From assembly GCF_030684315.1 (NCBI RefSeq), contig NC_081362.1, forward strand, positions 96,517,187 to 96,581,186: a stretch of DNA of 64,000 nt, given 5' to 3'. The stretch comes from Stegostoma tigrinum (Eukaryota). This document shows positions 49,770-63,755 of the stretch, in pieces. Position 1 is the first letter of the stretch. Every line of letters starts with the position of its first letter. The notes under the pieces are model-generated. The model searched no databases. It saw only the letters and a list, made by a program, of their open reading frames with translations, and was not told the DNA's origin. A program made the translations under genes and the position numbers.

Positions 49770-50110
49770 TCAAGCCAACCTATTTCTCAAATTCTGAGTG
49801 CCTTGCAGTTTCACACACAGAGGGCTGTGACACAGATATTGCAGAGGTGGCTGCATTTCACTCTACTTCTCTACCCAATTGTTACAGTTTGAATACAAGA
49901 CACTAAAAGAGGAAGGCAGGAGTAATTGGGAATGTTCTTGGAAAGCAATTCACCAATCAATGTCCCGCAACTAAATGAATTCGTACAGAGCATACCCTAA
50001 TGATTTTTCATTTGAATGCAGTGACTCACGCTCATGTCAAAACCCATTGGCTCTGTGTTAGCCTTACTTCGGGTTGTCACAGATCACATAAAGTAGGATC
50101 CAGCTGATAA
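49770..50110 (-). promoter_or_regulatory. Putative promoter/5'UTR of the V-receptor gene
   Basis: Unique sequence directly upstream of the leader ATG, containing TGACTCA (50022-50028) and CCAAT-type boxes. Motif-only evidence. Confidence 0.35.
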
Positions 50111-50137
50111 CTGATTTGCAAGTTGTTTATTAGTCTG

Positions 50138-51140
50138 TGAAAGTTCAAACATGTACCGAAGCTAAATGGGCAGCAGAGGTGTCCTGCCTGGTTCAGGTAA
50201 TAATTGGTTGTGAAGTTGGGTAGAGTGCTTATGGATTGTGAGCCAGAAGTTAGAATTTGGTGTTTTTAAAATGCCAGCGGGGAAGTCATTGTGTGGTCGC
50301 TTTGAAAGATGCTGTGCTTTTGTTAAGCTTCGAAATATAAAATGGATGTCGATGAGCAGCAGCTTGAAAGTTTGAAAGTACGCAGACACCCAAATTGAAA
50401 CATTAGTGTCATTAGGCTGAGCAGTTCGCAGGCCAAGCAGCTGTTTTTACCAAAGCAACACTTTTTGAATGTAGCCAATTATTTTTAACCGGGCACTTAG
50501 ATGCCAAAAAACAATTAAGTATAAATCTGATGGCTTTGACAATGTAAGGCATATCCTATTGTAAAAAATTGATATGTCATCAAGGGTATAAAATAAGGGG
50601 ACAGTTGGACAAACAGCAGAAAGCTGACTGCCATCTGCCAGAGCTACAGTCCTCAGCTCTTCCCCAGCCTCCTCACTGTCCCAGAGAAAGTACCAACTAA
50701 ATAACAAAGGTACCGATGGCACCACTAGTTAACATTCCTGACAGAGGAATTGATGGAGAAGGACACATAATCTGCCTGTAATTTTGAGAGTCTCTGTTCT
50801 GTGTTTTTTTTTTATTATTTTATATATGTGGGACTTATATTTGTTGCCACAGCAAACCATTAGAATCTTGCTTTACTTGGGAATTGTTAATAGTTAGAAG
50901 TGATTTATTCAGTTTGTTAGTAGTTTAGTTAATTTGTTCACTGTTAGATTTAGATAAATAAATTGTTTCTTGTTGATTGTAACGTGAGTGCCAGGGATTT
51001 ATTTTATTTGACTACCAGCAGTTTTTGAAAGGCAGGTTATGCCACTTGTCAAATTCCTTTTACAGATTATATGGCAAGGTCCTCCTCTTTCATTGTTTCA
51101 ATGTTAGCTCTTAGAAGGGGGGAAACCTATACTTTATACA
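50138..51140 (+). mobile_element. Possible solo LTR directly upstream of the receptor promoter
   Basis: ~1 kb TG…CA segment with TATAAAA (~50587) and AATAAA (~50957). No TSD found. Confidence 0.25.
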
Positions 51141-51344
51141 CTGGGTTGGCAGAGAGGATGATGCAGTGTATAGATCCCAGACAGCGGCAGCAACCTGATC
51201 TTGCTCAATGAATGTTACAAAGCCTTCTCCCCCGGCCCAATCCTCTTCACCCTTTCCCCATCCTCCAATGACTATTGATTGTCACAAGGATTCACTCCTC
51301 CAACATCCAAGCACCTGTTAATGCATAAACATCCAAAGGACCAG

Positions 51345-53830
51345 GTAAATTAAGATTGAAAGTAGGCCACTCAGTCCTTCAAGCCTGTTCCATCATCCCA
51401 GAAAGATCATGGAAATCTGATTCTCCACATTCCCACTGACCCCCGATAACCTCACAGCATGTTGTTTGAGAAAAATCTATCCACGTCTGCTTTAAAAATG
51501 TCCAATGATTTTGTGTCTACCACCTTTTGCAGGAAGAGTTCCAAAAATGTATGACCCTCTGTGAGAATGTCATTTCCCTCACTTCTGTCACAGATGCTCA
51601 ACCCTTATTTTTAACCTCTGCCTCCTAATTCTAGATTATCCCACAAGAGGAACCATCCTTTCCACATCCATCCAGCCATGCCCCCTCAGGATCTTCAATG
51701 CTTCAATCAAGTCACGTATTATTCTTCAAAACTCCCAGCAGAAATGAAAATCAGACAAAGAACTACGGATGCTGGAAAGAAAGTCATTGGGTCATAGAGT
51801 CATGCAGTACAGAAACAGTCCCTTCGGCCCACCATGCCCATGCCAACCAACAAGTATCAAACTTCACTAATCCCATGTATCTGCACCTGATCCATAGCCA
51901 ATTGTGCCCCGGAATTTGTAGTCCCTGTCCAGATGCTTCTTCAGTAATGTGAGAGTACCTGTCTCCACCACACTCTCAGGCAGTACCTTTTACAGTTCTA
52001 CAACCTTCCAGGGGAAAACACTTTTCCCTCAAAACCACTTACTCCTGATCTTAAGCTTGTGCCCTCTGCTCTTCGACACATCTGCCATGAGGAAAAGCTT
52101 CTCACAATCTACTCAGAAAATGCCTCTCATAATTCCACGTACCTCAATGAGATTCCCCCCTCAGACACCTCTGCTCTAGGGAAAATAAACCAAGCCTATC
52201 CAGTCTCTCCTCATAACCGTGACTTTCTATCCCAGGCAACATCCTCATGAATCTCCTCTGTACCCTCTGTGTAATCACATCCTTCTGACCATGCAGTGAC
52301 CAGAACTGTACAGAGTATTCCATCTGTGGGTGAACCAATGTTTCATAAAATTCCAACAAGACACCCCTGCTCTAATATTCTACACCCCAGTCAATGAATG
52401 CGTCAGTGATCTATGGGCTTGTACATTAAGGTTCCTTTGTTCTTCAGCACTCTATAGGAACCAACAATTCATTGTTAGTATCCTTCCCTTATTAAACATT
52501 TCAGAAAGCATCAGGATTAAATTCCATCTGTAATTGTTCTGTCAGTTTACCGGCTGATCAATGTCCGACTGTAGACCTACGCTATCATCGCTACCAAAAA
52601 TGCAACCAATTTTCGTGTCATCTGTAAACTTACTAATAACACCTTCTCCACTCACAGCTAAGTCATCGATGTATAAAACAAACAACAACGGTATCAGCAC
52701 TGATCACTGTGGTCCACTGCTGCTCAGACTTCCAACTGCAAAAACAACCCTCCTCTATAGCCCATTGCCTCCAATTTGCAAGCCAATTTTGGATCCTGTT
52801 TGCCATCCAGCCTTGTATCCCATTGGCTCATATATTTTGAGCCAGCCTTCCATGTGGGACCTTGCCAATGGCCTTGCTGGGGTCCATGTAGACTACATCA
52901 ACATTATTTTTATTCATTTGTGGGATGTGGACTTTGCTGGCTAGGTCAGCATATATTGCCCCTCCCTAGTTACCCTTGAGAAGGCAGCAGTGAACTGCCT
53001 TCTTGAATTGCTGCAGTCCACTTACTGTGAGTTGACCCAAAAAGTCATTGGAGGGGGATTTCCACTGACATTGACTCAACCACTGTAAAGGAATGATGAA
53101 ATATTTACAAGTAAGGATGGTGAGTAGCTTAGAGGGAAATTTGAAGGTGTAGGTGCTCCCATGTGTCTGCTGTCCTTGTCCTTCAAGATGGAGGTGGTGT
53201 TTGGTTTCGAAGATGCAGTTTGAGGATCTTTGATGAATTCCTGCAGTGCAACATGTAGATAGTACACACTGTTACTATTGTCCATCAGTGGTGGAGGGAG
53301 TGGATCCTTGTGAATGTCATGTCAATCAAGTGGGCTGCTTTGTCCTGGATAGTATCAAGATTCTTGAATGATGTTGGATCTGCACCCATCCAAACAAGTG
53401 GGGAGTATTCTATCACACTCCATATAGATGGTGGGCAGGTTTTGGTGAATCAGGAGGTGAGTTACTCATCACAGTGTTCCCAGACTGACCTGTTTTTCGA
53501 GTCAAAACCTGCACTACCCTCATCAATATATTTAGTTTCAAAATTGTCAACTGAATTCATCAGACAGGATCTCCCTCTAACAAATCATTGCTGACTCTCC
53601 CTAATCTATAACATACTTTCCAAGTATTAATTAATGCTGTCCTTCAGAATTTTTTCCAATAACATCCCGATCATTGACATCAGTCCAACCAGTTTATAAT
53701 TACCTGGCCTATCCCTCCTGCCCTTCTTGAACAAAGGAATCACATTAGCTACTCTCTAGTCATCTGGCATTTCACCTGTGGCCTGCAAGATATTAAATAT
53801 CTCTGCCAGGCCCCCAGCAATCTCCACCCT
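51345..53830 (-). mobile_element. CR1 and other LINE/SINE fragments
   Basis: TLVHPQMEYSVQFWS…RVQRRFMRMLPG…RLGLFSLEQR, with additional nested tails. Confidence 0.8.
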
Positions 53831-54139
53831 GTACATGTTTAAATTCCACCAGCACAGTTGGGTATGCAATAAATCTGGAATTGAAAGCTCGCCTCAATAA
53901 TAGTCACTTTGACTATCGCAGAAAGCTTCTGATTTACTAATGTCTGAAACCTGTGGGTCATTACCTATTTTGGTCTACATGTGACTCCAGGCCCATAGCA
54001 ATTTGGTTTCCTCTAATCTGCCCTCTGAAATAACCCAACAAGCCTTTCAGTTCAAGGTAATCAATTCCAGCTCAGCCTGTTGAGAAAATAACACGCTTGC
54101 TTCTGAGTCCAAATGTTGTGAGCTCAAGTTTAAAGTTTA

Positions 54140-55460
54140 TTTATCTAAATCCCATTCCAGAGGCTTAGGCAACAACCCCTGCTCCATGATAACCCTCAAC
54201 ACTGGCTCTCCATAAGGCTGTATATTCAACCCTTTATTGTGCCTTCTATAGCCTAATGACTGTGTGGTCAAATTCCGTCCGAACTCCATCGCCAAGTTCA
54301 CTGACAACATCACCATTGTAGGCCAGATCTCAAATAACAATTAGCCAGAATAGAAGAAGGAAACACAGTGCTTTGTGGCATGGTGTAAAGATAGCAATCT
54401 CTCTCTCAACATCAGAAATAGGAAAGAGCTGGTCACTGAATTCAGGAAGTAAGATGGAGGACATGCTCCTGTCCATATCAATGGTGCAGAGGTGAAGATG
54501 GTCAGGAGAATCAAGTTACAAGGAGTGATCATCACCAACAATCTGCTCTGGTCCAGCCATTTTAACGCATTGCTCAGGAAAGCACAACAACACCTCTACT
54601 TCCTCAGGAGGCGAAAGAAACTCTGCATGTCTGTAAAGACTCATCAATTTTATAGGTGCATCAAATCTATATATCTATTTCATAGATGCACCACAAAACA
54701 TTCCATCAGGTTGCATCACAGCTTAGTTATGCCAACTGCTCTGTTGTCGTGAGATAGAGAGAGTAGTGAACACAGCTAAGGCCATCATTCAAGCCAACCC
54801 TTTATCCATTGACTCCATCTACCCTTCTCACTGCCTCAGCAACATCATCAATAATCCCTTCCACCTCAGTTATCATTATTTCCAATCTCTTCTGTCAGTC
54901 AGAAGATAGAATCCCTACAGTGCGGAAACAAACCATTTGGCCCATTGAGTTCACACTGACTGCCAGAACAGCATCCCAGCCAAACCCATTCCACTATCCT
55001 ATCCCTGTATTCCCCATGGCTAATCCATCCAGCCCGCATATCTTTGGACAGGAGGAGGAAGTAAGAGCACCCAAAGGAAACCTACACAGACATGGGGAGA
55101 ACATGCAAACTCCACACAGACAGTCACCAGAGGGTGGAGTTGAACCCAGATCCCTGGTGCTACAAGACAGCAGTGTTAACCACTGGCCTACCATGTCAAC
55201 CGACAAAAATTTAAACATGTGTACCAACAGAATCAAGAACGGTTTCATCTCGCTGTTATTAGACTTCTGACTGCATCTTTCAAATTTCAATTCAATGTTG
55301 ACATCATTCCTTATGCACCTTCTCTGTAGCTATAACATTATTTCCCTCACTCTGTTCTATTACCCCAATGCATTTTGTATGGTATGATCTGCCTATACTG
55401 CCAGCAAAACAAAACTTTTCACTGTACCTCGCTATATGTGCCAATCATAAATCTAATCAA
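54140..55460 (+). mobile_element. Rex1/Babar-like LINE 3' fragment with nested tRNA-SINE (~54905-55200, minus)
   Basis: KFTDNITIVG…WCKDSNLSLN…KAQQHLYFLRR and an aatc-type tail. Confidence 0.6.
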
Positions 55461-55849
55461 GTTGAGTCAAATGTCGTAGCCTGACATTCCAGTACAACAT
55501 GAGAGGACAGCTACACTGGTGGAAATACCAACATTGGGATACAGTGAAGCAAAAGTTCCGAGCTCCCTGTTGGAAGAACATTGGACATGATTTTGAGAAA
55601 CAGAAGAGATGTGCTCCCCTGCATTGTGGTCAATATTTGACTGTTAATCTGTCCTGCCAGAAGTGATTATCTATTCCTCTTTCGGATTATGCTGCCTGAA
55701 TAATACCATCTCCATGTCAGAAAAGTGACCTCGCTTTAAAAATATCTATAGCCGTGAAACACTTTGGGAAATACTGCCAACGTGAAAAGTGTTTTCTGGA
55801 AGCAATTTTTCCTTGTTTGTTCCTTATGCAGGATGGCAAGGTTAGACAA

Positions 55850-56415
55850 TTGTCTTATGGGTTGGAACCAACAAGTGGGGGTTCATTTTCGGTTTGGTGA
55901 CCTGAGACCCGTGGGGCTCCACAGGGGTCTGTACTGGGACTGCAACTGTTTACAATATATATTAATGACTGGGAGAAAGGAAGTGAACTTATTGCAGTCA
56001 AATCTGAAGATGACACAATATGAGGTGGAAAGGAGGGTTGTGACAGAGATACAAACAATTTAAAGAGAGATAATCCTCGGTTAAGTAATTGGGCTAAAAT
56101 CTGGCAAATAAAATACCATATTGGAAAATGTTAATTTGTTCATTTTGGAAGGGAGAACAAAACAACGGAATATTATTTAAATGGAGAAAATCTGCAGAAA
56201 GCTGCAACAAGAAGGTACGTGGAGCGAGGGGTGTGTACATGCAAAACAGAAAGCTAGCACACAGGGGCAGCAGGTAATCAGGAAGACTATTGGAATGTTG
56301 GCTCTTATTTCAAAGGTATTGGAGTATATGCACAGGGAAGTCTAACTGTAACTGTACAAAGGCTTGTGAGACCAAATCATGAGTTCTGTCAGTCATTCTA
56401 CTCCCTTCTTTAAGA
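55850..56415 (+). mobile_element. CR1 ORF2 fragment
   Basis: GAPQGSVLGLQLFTIYIND and downstream motifs. Confidence 0.8.
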
Positions 56416-57979
56416 AATCAAGGATAACACAGCAGCTCAGTGGTTAGTGCTGCTTCCTCCCAATGCCTGGGGCCCCGAATTCAGTTCCAACTTCTGACAA
56501 CTATGTGGAGTTTGCATGTTCTCCCCGCGTCCAGACCATTGTCGAAGGCTGTAGCAACAGGGTGATATGGGGTTGGGTAGACAAGACCAGGGAGAAGGTG
56601 ACTTGGGTGGAGATGCTGGTGAGGTCAAATGAACCCAGAAGAGGGAAGTCACTACAGTTAATGCAATGGAAACTGAAAGGCTGGTTACTTGATGTCGGTC
56701 TCTCCAGGTCAGATTAAATTTCTGGGAGTGCTAAATATTAGCCACCTAGGGGCCTTCGTTGGCTATTCTACCCTCTTGACACCTCCTACTACTGGGAAAA
56801 TTACAAAGGGCCAAACATGGAGGGTAGGCATTGGGCACAGTGCTACAGAACAGAGTTAGGGAGTGGGGGAGATACTGTAAAGTCAGAATGTTGCAGAACC
56901 AGTTGGGTGTGGTTTAAAGGAGATTGGCAAAAGAAGCAGCACAGCATGAGGAGAAAGACAGAAAAGGCCCAGGACTGGCATCAAACTGCCTGAGGATATT
57001 GGGAAACCTTTAAATATGATTGGATAATTATCTAAAGTGATAATGTTGCAGGGCAATAGGGGAAGGTTGGGGAGTGAGGCTGATGGAGTACCTTTCACAG
57101 AATGTCAGGGCTGGCCTAATACACTGACTGTTCCTGCTGTGAGCATTCAAAAATTCAACACTTTCAGCCAACATTGTGTTGTTACACTGCCAGAAGGCTG
57201 CTTATTCCTGTCAAGAACCAATGGAAAAACTAGCGTCTGTTCAGCACAGGCAGCGCTCTGTTTGTAGTGGAATGTCCCTTTTAAATAAAAAACACAGCTC
57301 TGTTGGGACACTGAAAGCAATATTGGCCAAATGAATGGCATGCTGAGAAAATTGGCCAACTGAGCAGCGGGCTGGGAATTGGATCAAATCCGACACAAGG
57401 TATGCAGACCGGGTACCTCGGTGATTATGTTGCATAGGTGTTAATAAGGCAGTGGAGCTGAGATATTAAACCAGGACCTTGCATCATTCACTGTCTAATT
57501 GAATGAACCCAGACAAATATGCAAACCTTTCACCTTGATTGACTATTGATTGGGATGTTGTTGAAACAATGCTGTTTCAGGTGGAACAATCAATCTGAAT
57601 TTCAGTGGAACTGTTTTTGAAACAGCTCAACTCCTCGGGCTAGCTCAATTAATATGTGGAATTATAACAGCCAAAATTGTCTTTTGGTATGGCCTTCCTG
57701 AGATAAAGACTCAATTTAAATTATGCCAACTACATTGTTACATCAAACTAGCATGAAGCTATTGTACTCAGAAATGACCCAGATAACTAGTTAAAATAAC
57801 CCACTCAAATCAATGCAGTCCAACACATATTCCAGAGAGCATCAGGAACAAGAAGCAGGAGCTTTGGGAATGGGAAGTACAACTTTAACTCCAGTTTGAC
57901 CAGCTGTAATGGGGGTGAGAAAGGCACTCCATCAGCTCCACTCTCTAGCCATCCCCCCATCGGCCTGGCAACATTAGCT

Positions 57980-58443
57980 CTTCTGGATGTAAGTTTGCTT
58001 GCTGAGCTGGAAGGTTCATTTTCAGACGTTTCGTCACCAGGATACATGAGCATCAACTAGCCACAAAAAGACATGACCCACTATCACTAGTATCTTTACA
58101 TACAGATGAGGAAGTACACCACTTTGATTGGGACAACACATACATCCTAGGACAAGCCAAACAGAGACACGTACGAGAATTCCTGGAAGCATGGCATTCC
58201 AACTGGAATTCCATCAACAAACACATTGATTTGTAGCCCATCTACCACCCTCTGAGAAAAAGAACAGGAAATGACATTACCAACGCAGGAAATGACATCA
58301 CCAACCCAAGGAAACCTAAACAGATAAATAGAAAGCAGGACATAACACCAGTGCTTCACCGGAGGCTCACTGTTGATGTTATCTAGAAGGGTGATGGATT
58401 GTCTGGGAACGAACCTTCCAGCTCAGTGAACCAGCTTACATCA
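57980..58443 (+). mobile_element. Penelope-like 3' fragment/pLTR with inverted 5' piece; related pLTR sequence resumes at 63756-63848 after the Tx1 element
   Basis: HFDWDNT.ILGQAKQRHVREFLEAWHS. 57985-58037 is the reverse complement of 63757-63805. Confidence 0.8.
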
Positions 58444-58454
58444 AAACAAAATAA

Positions 58455-61400
58455 AGACTCACTCTCTTGTGGACCGAGAGGAGAAGAGCGTGACTGTGTT
58501 GGAGGTGGAAGGAAAACGTCGGGTTGGCTGTGCACCCTTGCAACCGGTGGATCTTAATGCTGGCTTTGGCCTAACGCTGGTTCAGGGGAGCAGTCAACCT
58601 GCAACGATGGCTGCAGCGAGTGCTCGTGTCCCAGGTCAGGGGGTCCGGAACACCATCCGTGTTTCCGTGAAGAAGGTGGATGAAGGTGCACCTGTGGACC
58701 ACACCTTCTTCGTGAAGAGGGTCCTGTTGGACTGTTGCGGGTTCGCTGCTGCAGACATTTACTGCCTGCAGGATTTCCCCGGAGGAGGTTTTTACGATGT
58801 GACCTTCAGGAGTGCCAAGCTTTGCGAGCGCTTCCTGGAGGTTTTCAAGGAGAAAGGAGGTGAGGGCCCCCTCTCTGTATTGACCGCTGTCCCGCTGTTC
58901 GTGCTGCCGGTGCAGAGGAGCCGTATGGTGACTGTACACATGTACAACCCGCATGTGCCAGCAGTTGATGTCCTGACCTTCCTTGGAAGGTATGTGAGGG
59001 TGGAAGGGGACCTAACTGACATCATGGACCCCTTCAAGATCTGGACCAGTAAGAGGCAGGTCAGGGTGGCGCTGAGGACAGGCGCGGACGGGAACCTCGT
59101 ACACCCACCATCCAGCTTCGCGATCGGCAGGAGCAAGGGCTACCTGACCTACGCAGGGCAACCTAAAGTCTGCCATGCCTGTGGTAGGTCAGATCACGTG
59201 GCCACCGACTGCAAAGCCACCATCTGCAGGAACTGCAGGGAGGAGGGACAACTTGCAAAGGATTGCCCACAAGAGAAAAGCTGCAAACTTTGCAGGGAAG
59301 CGGGCCACCTCTATAGGGCATGCCCGCAGCAGGGGACCACCTACGCCCAGGTCGCCGGCAGGGGCAATGCGGGGCAAGCCCCCCCAGAGGAGAGGAAGGC
59401 ACCAGGCCCCTGCAAGGACCCCCCTAATGTGCAGGAGGGCCAGGTCGTGCAGGAGGGCCCAGCCCCGCAGGATGGACCCGAGGCCAGCAAAGCGCCCCTG
59501 CAGGCTCTGCTCCCCCCACCGACAACCCGAAGTCGATGGAGGAGGCGACAGGTGACCCAGGGGAGTGGACGGCGGTCCGGAAGACGAGGAGGAAGGCACG
59601 CCGGCGGGCCCAGGAACCGCAACCATCAGGCGGGAAGAGGCAGTTACAGGGAGGCTATAAGAGCTCTTCTGATGAGGGGGATTCAGAGGAGACCCGCCCA
59701 AAGCAGAAGCTAAAGATCTCCAGGGAAAAGGAAAGCAGCACCTCGAGTCCAGGTGACAGGAGGCATCCTGAGGCTCCCTCCGACACCCAGCCACGTGCCG
59801 CTGGGGCCCTGGAGGGCCCCTCGGAACCTTCAGGCGGGAAGCAGGAAACAGCGTGTCCCCAGCCTGACCCAGAGCCGGACTCTCCTGCCTCCGTACCCCC
59901 GATGGGGGGATGCCACCCGGAAGGCAGCACGGATGGTTTCCTGAGCCCAGAGAGTGGCCAGCAGTTCGCCCGGGCAATGGGCATGAAGGGACAGATGGAG
60001 GGGCCGGACCTTGGACTTGGGGAGGGCACTGCGGTCACTGCCCACAATGGGGGTACGAGTTGCGAGCATTAATGTGCGCAGCGTCAAGTCCACCGCAAGA
60101 TGTGTATCCACGTTGGCCTACCTGACCACAGTCAGGGCCGACCTCCTGTTTCTGCAGGAGTGCGGAATACCGCACCTCGGCAGGTACGGGAAATGGTCGG
60201 GCACCTGGACCTGTGGGCCTTTTATCTGGTCAGGAGGTAACGACTGTTGCTCCTCGGGCCTGGCTATTCTGCTGCGGGGGCGCGACTTCACCATCTCTCA
60301 AGTTCAGGAGGTGGTGGGGGGGGTGCCTCCTAGTGGCTGATGTCACCTACAGGAATGCTCCCCTGAGGCTGATCAACGTGTACGCCCCAGCGGTACGGAG
60401 TGAGCGGTTGGCCGTCCTGCAGCAGCTTCCACCCCTGCTGGCTACATCCAGGCCGGGCATCCTAGGTGGAGACTTCAACTGCATCATCAATGCAGATGGA
60501 AGATCCGGCTGTGAGGACAGCGGGTGGGGGGAGTCAACTGGGCGTCACGTCCAGATTCCTGATGGGCAGGGTGAAGGACGCCAAGCTGCTCGACGTCTTC
60601 AGCACCCCTGCAGACAAAGCGCAGCGGAATACACCTGGTTGCGGCCAGACGGGTCTACCCATTCAAGGATAGACTTCCTGTTTGTGTCACAGGCGTTCTC
60701 GGTCAGGTCCACCGGCGTCAAGCCGGTGTTCTTCTCTGACCACTGCCTCCTGCTGGCCGATTGTCACTTACAGGACGACCAGCAGGCCGGCAAGGGGACG
60801 TGGAAGCTCAACACGACACTTCTGACCCCAGAGAACGTCGAGGAGCTTAAGAGGGAGCACACTGGTTGGAGAACCGTGAAACCCCTCTTTGAGTCTCCGG
60901 GCGACTGGTGGGAGACGGTGAAGGAGAACATCAAGAGGTTCTTTGTCCTCAAGGGTGTTCAGAAGGCAAGAGAGAGGCGGGGAAAGCTGTCGTGACTCCA
61001 GAAAAGGGTGCAGAACCTGCTCCTTCTGCAGTTGATGGGGGTCGATGTCACGGAGGACCTCCGCGAGGTGAGGGGCCAGCAAGCCTCACTCTTTGCCGCA
61101 GAGGCCTCCAGGATAATCTTCCGGTCCAGGGTCCGCTCCATGGAGCAGGACGAGACGTGCTCGCGTTTTCTTCTTTCAGAAGGTGCACAAAGAGAGCTCT
61201 GTGCTTAGCCGGCTGAAGGAGGACGACGGCTCGGTGACATCGTCTCGGCCTGACATTTTGAGGATCAGCAGATCCTTCTATGCCGGACTGTACGACGTGA
61301 AGCCCACGGACAGCACGGCCTCCGAGTCATTCCTGTCGTCTGTCACGGAGGTCTTAGATGACAGCATGAGGGAGTGGCTGGACCAGCCGATATCCCTGGA

Positions 61401-63755
61401 CGAGCTGACTGGACCCCTCAAGTCCTTTGAGAGGAATAAGACTCCCGGGAGTGACGGCTTACCGGTCGAGCTGTATTCCGCTCTGTGGGACCTGGTCGGC
61501 CAGGACCTGCTGGAGGTGTACGATAGTGCGCTTCGGGCAGGGGAAATGTGCAAGTCCATGAGGAAGGGCATTATCACCTTCATTTACAAGAGAAAGGGGG
61601 AGAGGGAAGAAATTAAGAATTGGCGTCCCATTTCACTTTTGAACGTGGACTACAAAATCCTGGCCAAGGTCATAGCCAACTGGGTCAGGTCTGTCCTGGA
61701 GTCGGTGATTCACCCTGACCAAACCTGTGCTGTGCCGGGCAGGAAGATCGCTGAGAGCCTCGCGCTCATCAGGGATACGTTCGCCTACGTGCAGGACAGG
61801 CGGGTGGACACCTGCCTCGTCAGCCTGGACCAGGAGAAGGCCTTCGACAGGGTCTCTCATGCTTACATGAGGCAAGTCGTCTCCAAATTGGGGTTCGGTG
61901 AAGGCATCCGCAATTGGATCCGGCTGCTCTACACCAACGTCGTTAGCGCAGTCTCGATCAACACGTGGGAATCGGACAGTTTTCCCGTCAGATCTGGAGT
62001 CAGGCAGGGCTGCCCACTCTCTCCTGCCTTGTTCGTGTGCTGTGTGGAGCCCTTCGCCGCATCCATCAGGAAGGACGTGAGCCTGAAGGGCGTGACTATC
62101 CCAGGGAGCGGAGTCCTTCAGGTCAAGTCCTCCATGTACATGGACGACATTGCCGTCTTCTGCACGGATCGTCGGTCGGTCAGTAGGCTGTTGGACACCT
62201 GCGGTCAGTTTGAACTGGCCTCGGGTGCCAAAGTCAATAGGGGTAAGAGCGAGGTCATGTTCTTCGGGAACTGGGACGACCACTCCTTCATCTCCTTCAC
62301 CGTCAGGACAGACTACCTGAAGGTGCTGGGTGTTTGGTTCGGTGGAGCTGGGGCGTGCGCTAAGACTAGGGAGGAGCGTATCACCAAACTGAAGCAGAAG
62401 CTGGGCAGGTGGACGCTCCAGTCCCTCAACATCGCGGGTAAGAACCTGGTTGTCAGGTCCGAGGGGCTTTCGGTACTGTTGTATGTGGCGCAGGTTTGGC
62501 CTATTCCCTAGACCTGCGCCGCTGTGGTCACTCGGGCCATCTTCCACTTTATTTGGGGGTCGAGGATGGGCCGGGTCCACAGGGACACCATGTACAAAGA
62601 CCTGGAAAACTGGGGAAAGGGCGTACCGAGCGCCACCCTCGCTCTGACAGCTACCTTTGTGTGCGGCTGCATCGAGCTGTGCATAGATCCTCAGTACGCA
62701 AACACCAAGTGTCACTACTTACTGAGGTTCTACCTGTCCCCGGTGTTGCGAAGGATGGGCCTGGCCTCGTTGCCGCGGAACACTCCGAGTAGTTGGACCG
62801 TCCCGTACCACCTGTCCTTCGTGGAGAAATTTTTGAAAGGAAACACCTTTGACCACAAGGCCGTCAGGCAGTGGTCAGCACATAGTATCCTCGAGACCCT
62901 TCAGGAAAAGGAGAGGGTGGATCCCGTCCTGTGGTTCCCCACGCAGACTGCCAAAGTCGTTTGGCAGACTGCCTCATTGTCAGAACTTTCAAACAAGCAC
63001 AAGGACGTTGCTTGGCTGGCGGTGAGAGGGGCTCTGCCAGTGAGATCCTTTATGCATGCCCGGAATCTCTGCGCCACCGCACACTGCCCTCAAGGCGGCT
63101 GCGGGGGGGGTGGGGGACGAGACTGTCGATCACCTCCGAATGGAGTGTGCCGATGCACAGGAGATCTGGAGGGGGATGCAGTGGTATTTGTCGAGGTTTG
63201 TCCCAAGCAGCTTCGTGACACGGGACTCCGTGCTCTACGGGCTGTTTCCCGGGACGCACACCGAGACCAACATCAACTGCCCCTGGAAGACCATCAATGT
63301 GGTGAAAGACGCTCTTTGGTCTGCCCACAACTTGCTGGTCTGCCAGCTGAAAGAACTGACCCCGACCGAGTGTTGCAGACTGGCGCACTCCAAGGTCCAG
63401 GACTACACGCTGAGGGACGCGCTAACTCTTGGGGCAGCCGCCGCCAAGGCGCGGTGGGGAAAGACCACCATATGAAACCCCTCGTCCAGAATAGAAATAA
63501 TAGCCCTATCTGGTAACTGGGCCCAGCTGGTGTCTTCCCCACCTGGTCAGGGGGCCAATGGGGACTGTGCGGGGAGACGCCTGCCGGGGTATTTTCTTTG
63601 CTTTGTTTTTTTTCTTCTTTGTTTTGTTTTTTCCTTTAGTTGGTGTACGTACCCCCTGGGTAACCCGGAGCGGCTTGCATGACTGGGTAGGTGTATAAAT
63701 GTTTTATTTTTTGTACATTCTATGAATAAAGCATATTTTTTCAAATTAAAAAAAT
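58455..63755 (+). mobile_element. Near full-length Tx1/L1-clade non-LTR retrotransposon, ORF2 disrupted
   Basis: ORF1 from ATG 58607 has three Cx2Cx4Hx4C-type knuckles (one with H->Q). ORF2 from ATG 60047 has APE motifs (SINVR, LQEC, NVYAP, GDFN, RIDF, SDH), RT (PGSDG, NWRPISLLNVDYKI, QGCPLSP, YMDD) and a C-terminal Cys/His domain to 63475, with several frameshifts and stops. AATAAA near 63725 and a short A tail. GC-rich relative to the flanks. Confidence 0.95.

Noticed and set aside
56836-56875. CACAGTG-CTACAGA resembling the start of a canonical 12-RSS
   Set aside because: No ACAAAAACC-like nonamer at 12 or 23 bp spacing and no adjacent gene segment.
58469-59713. ORF resembling host gene ZCCHC3
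   Set aside because: It is directly followed by APE-RT ORF2 and a poly-A tail, so it is the retrotransposon ORF1.
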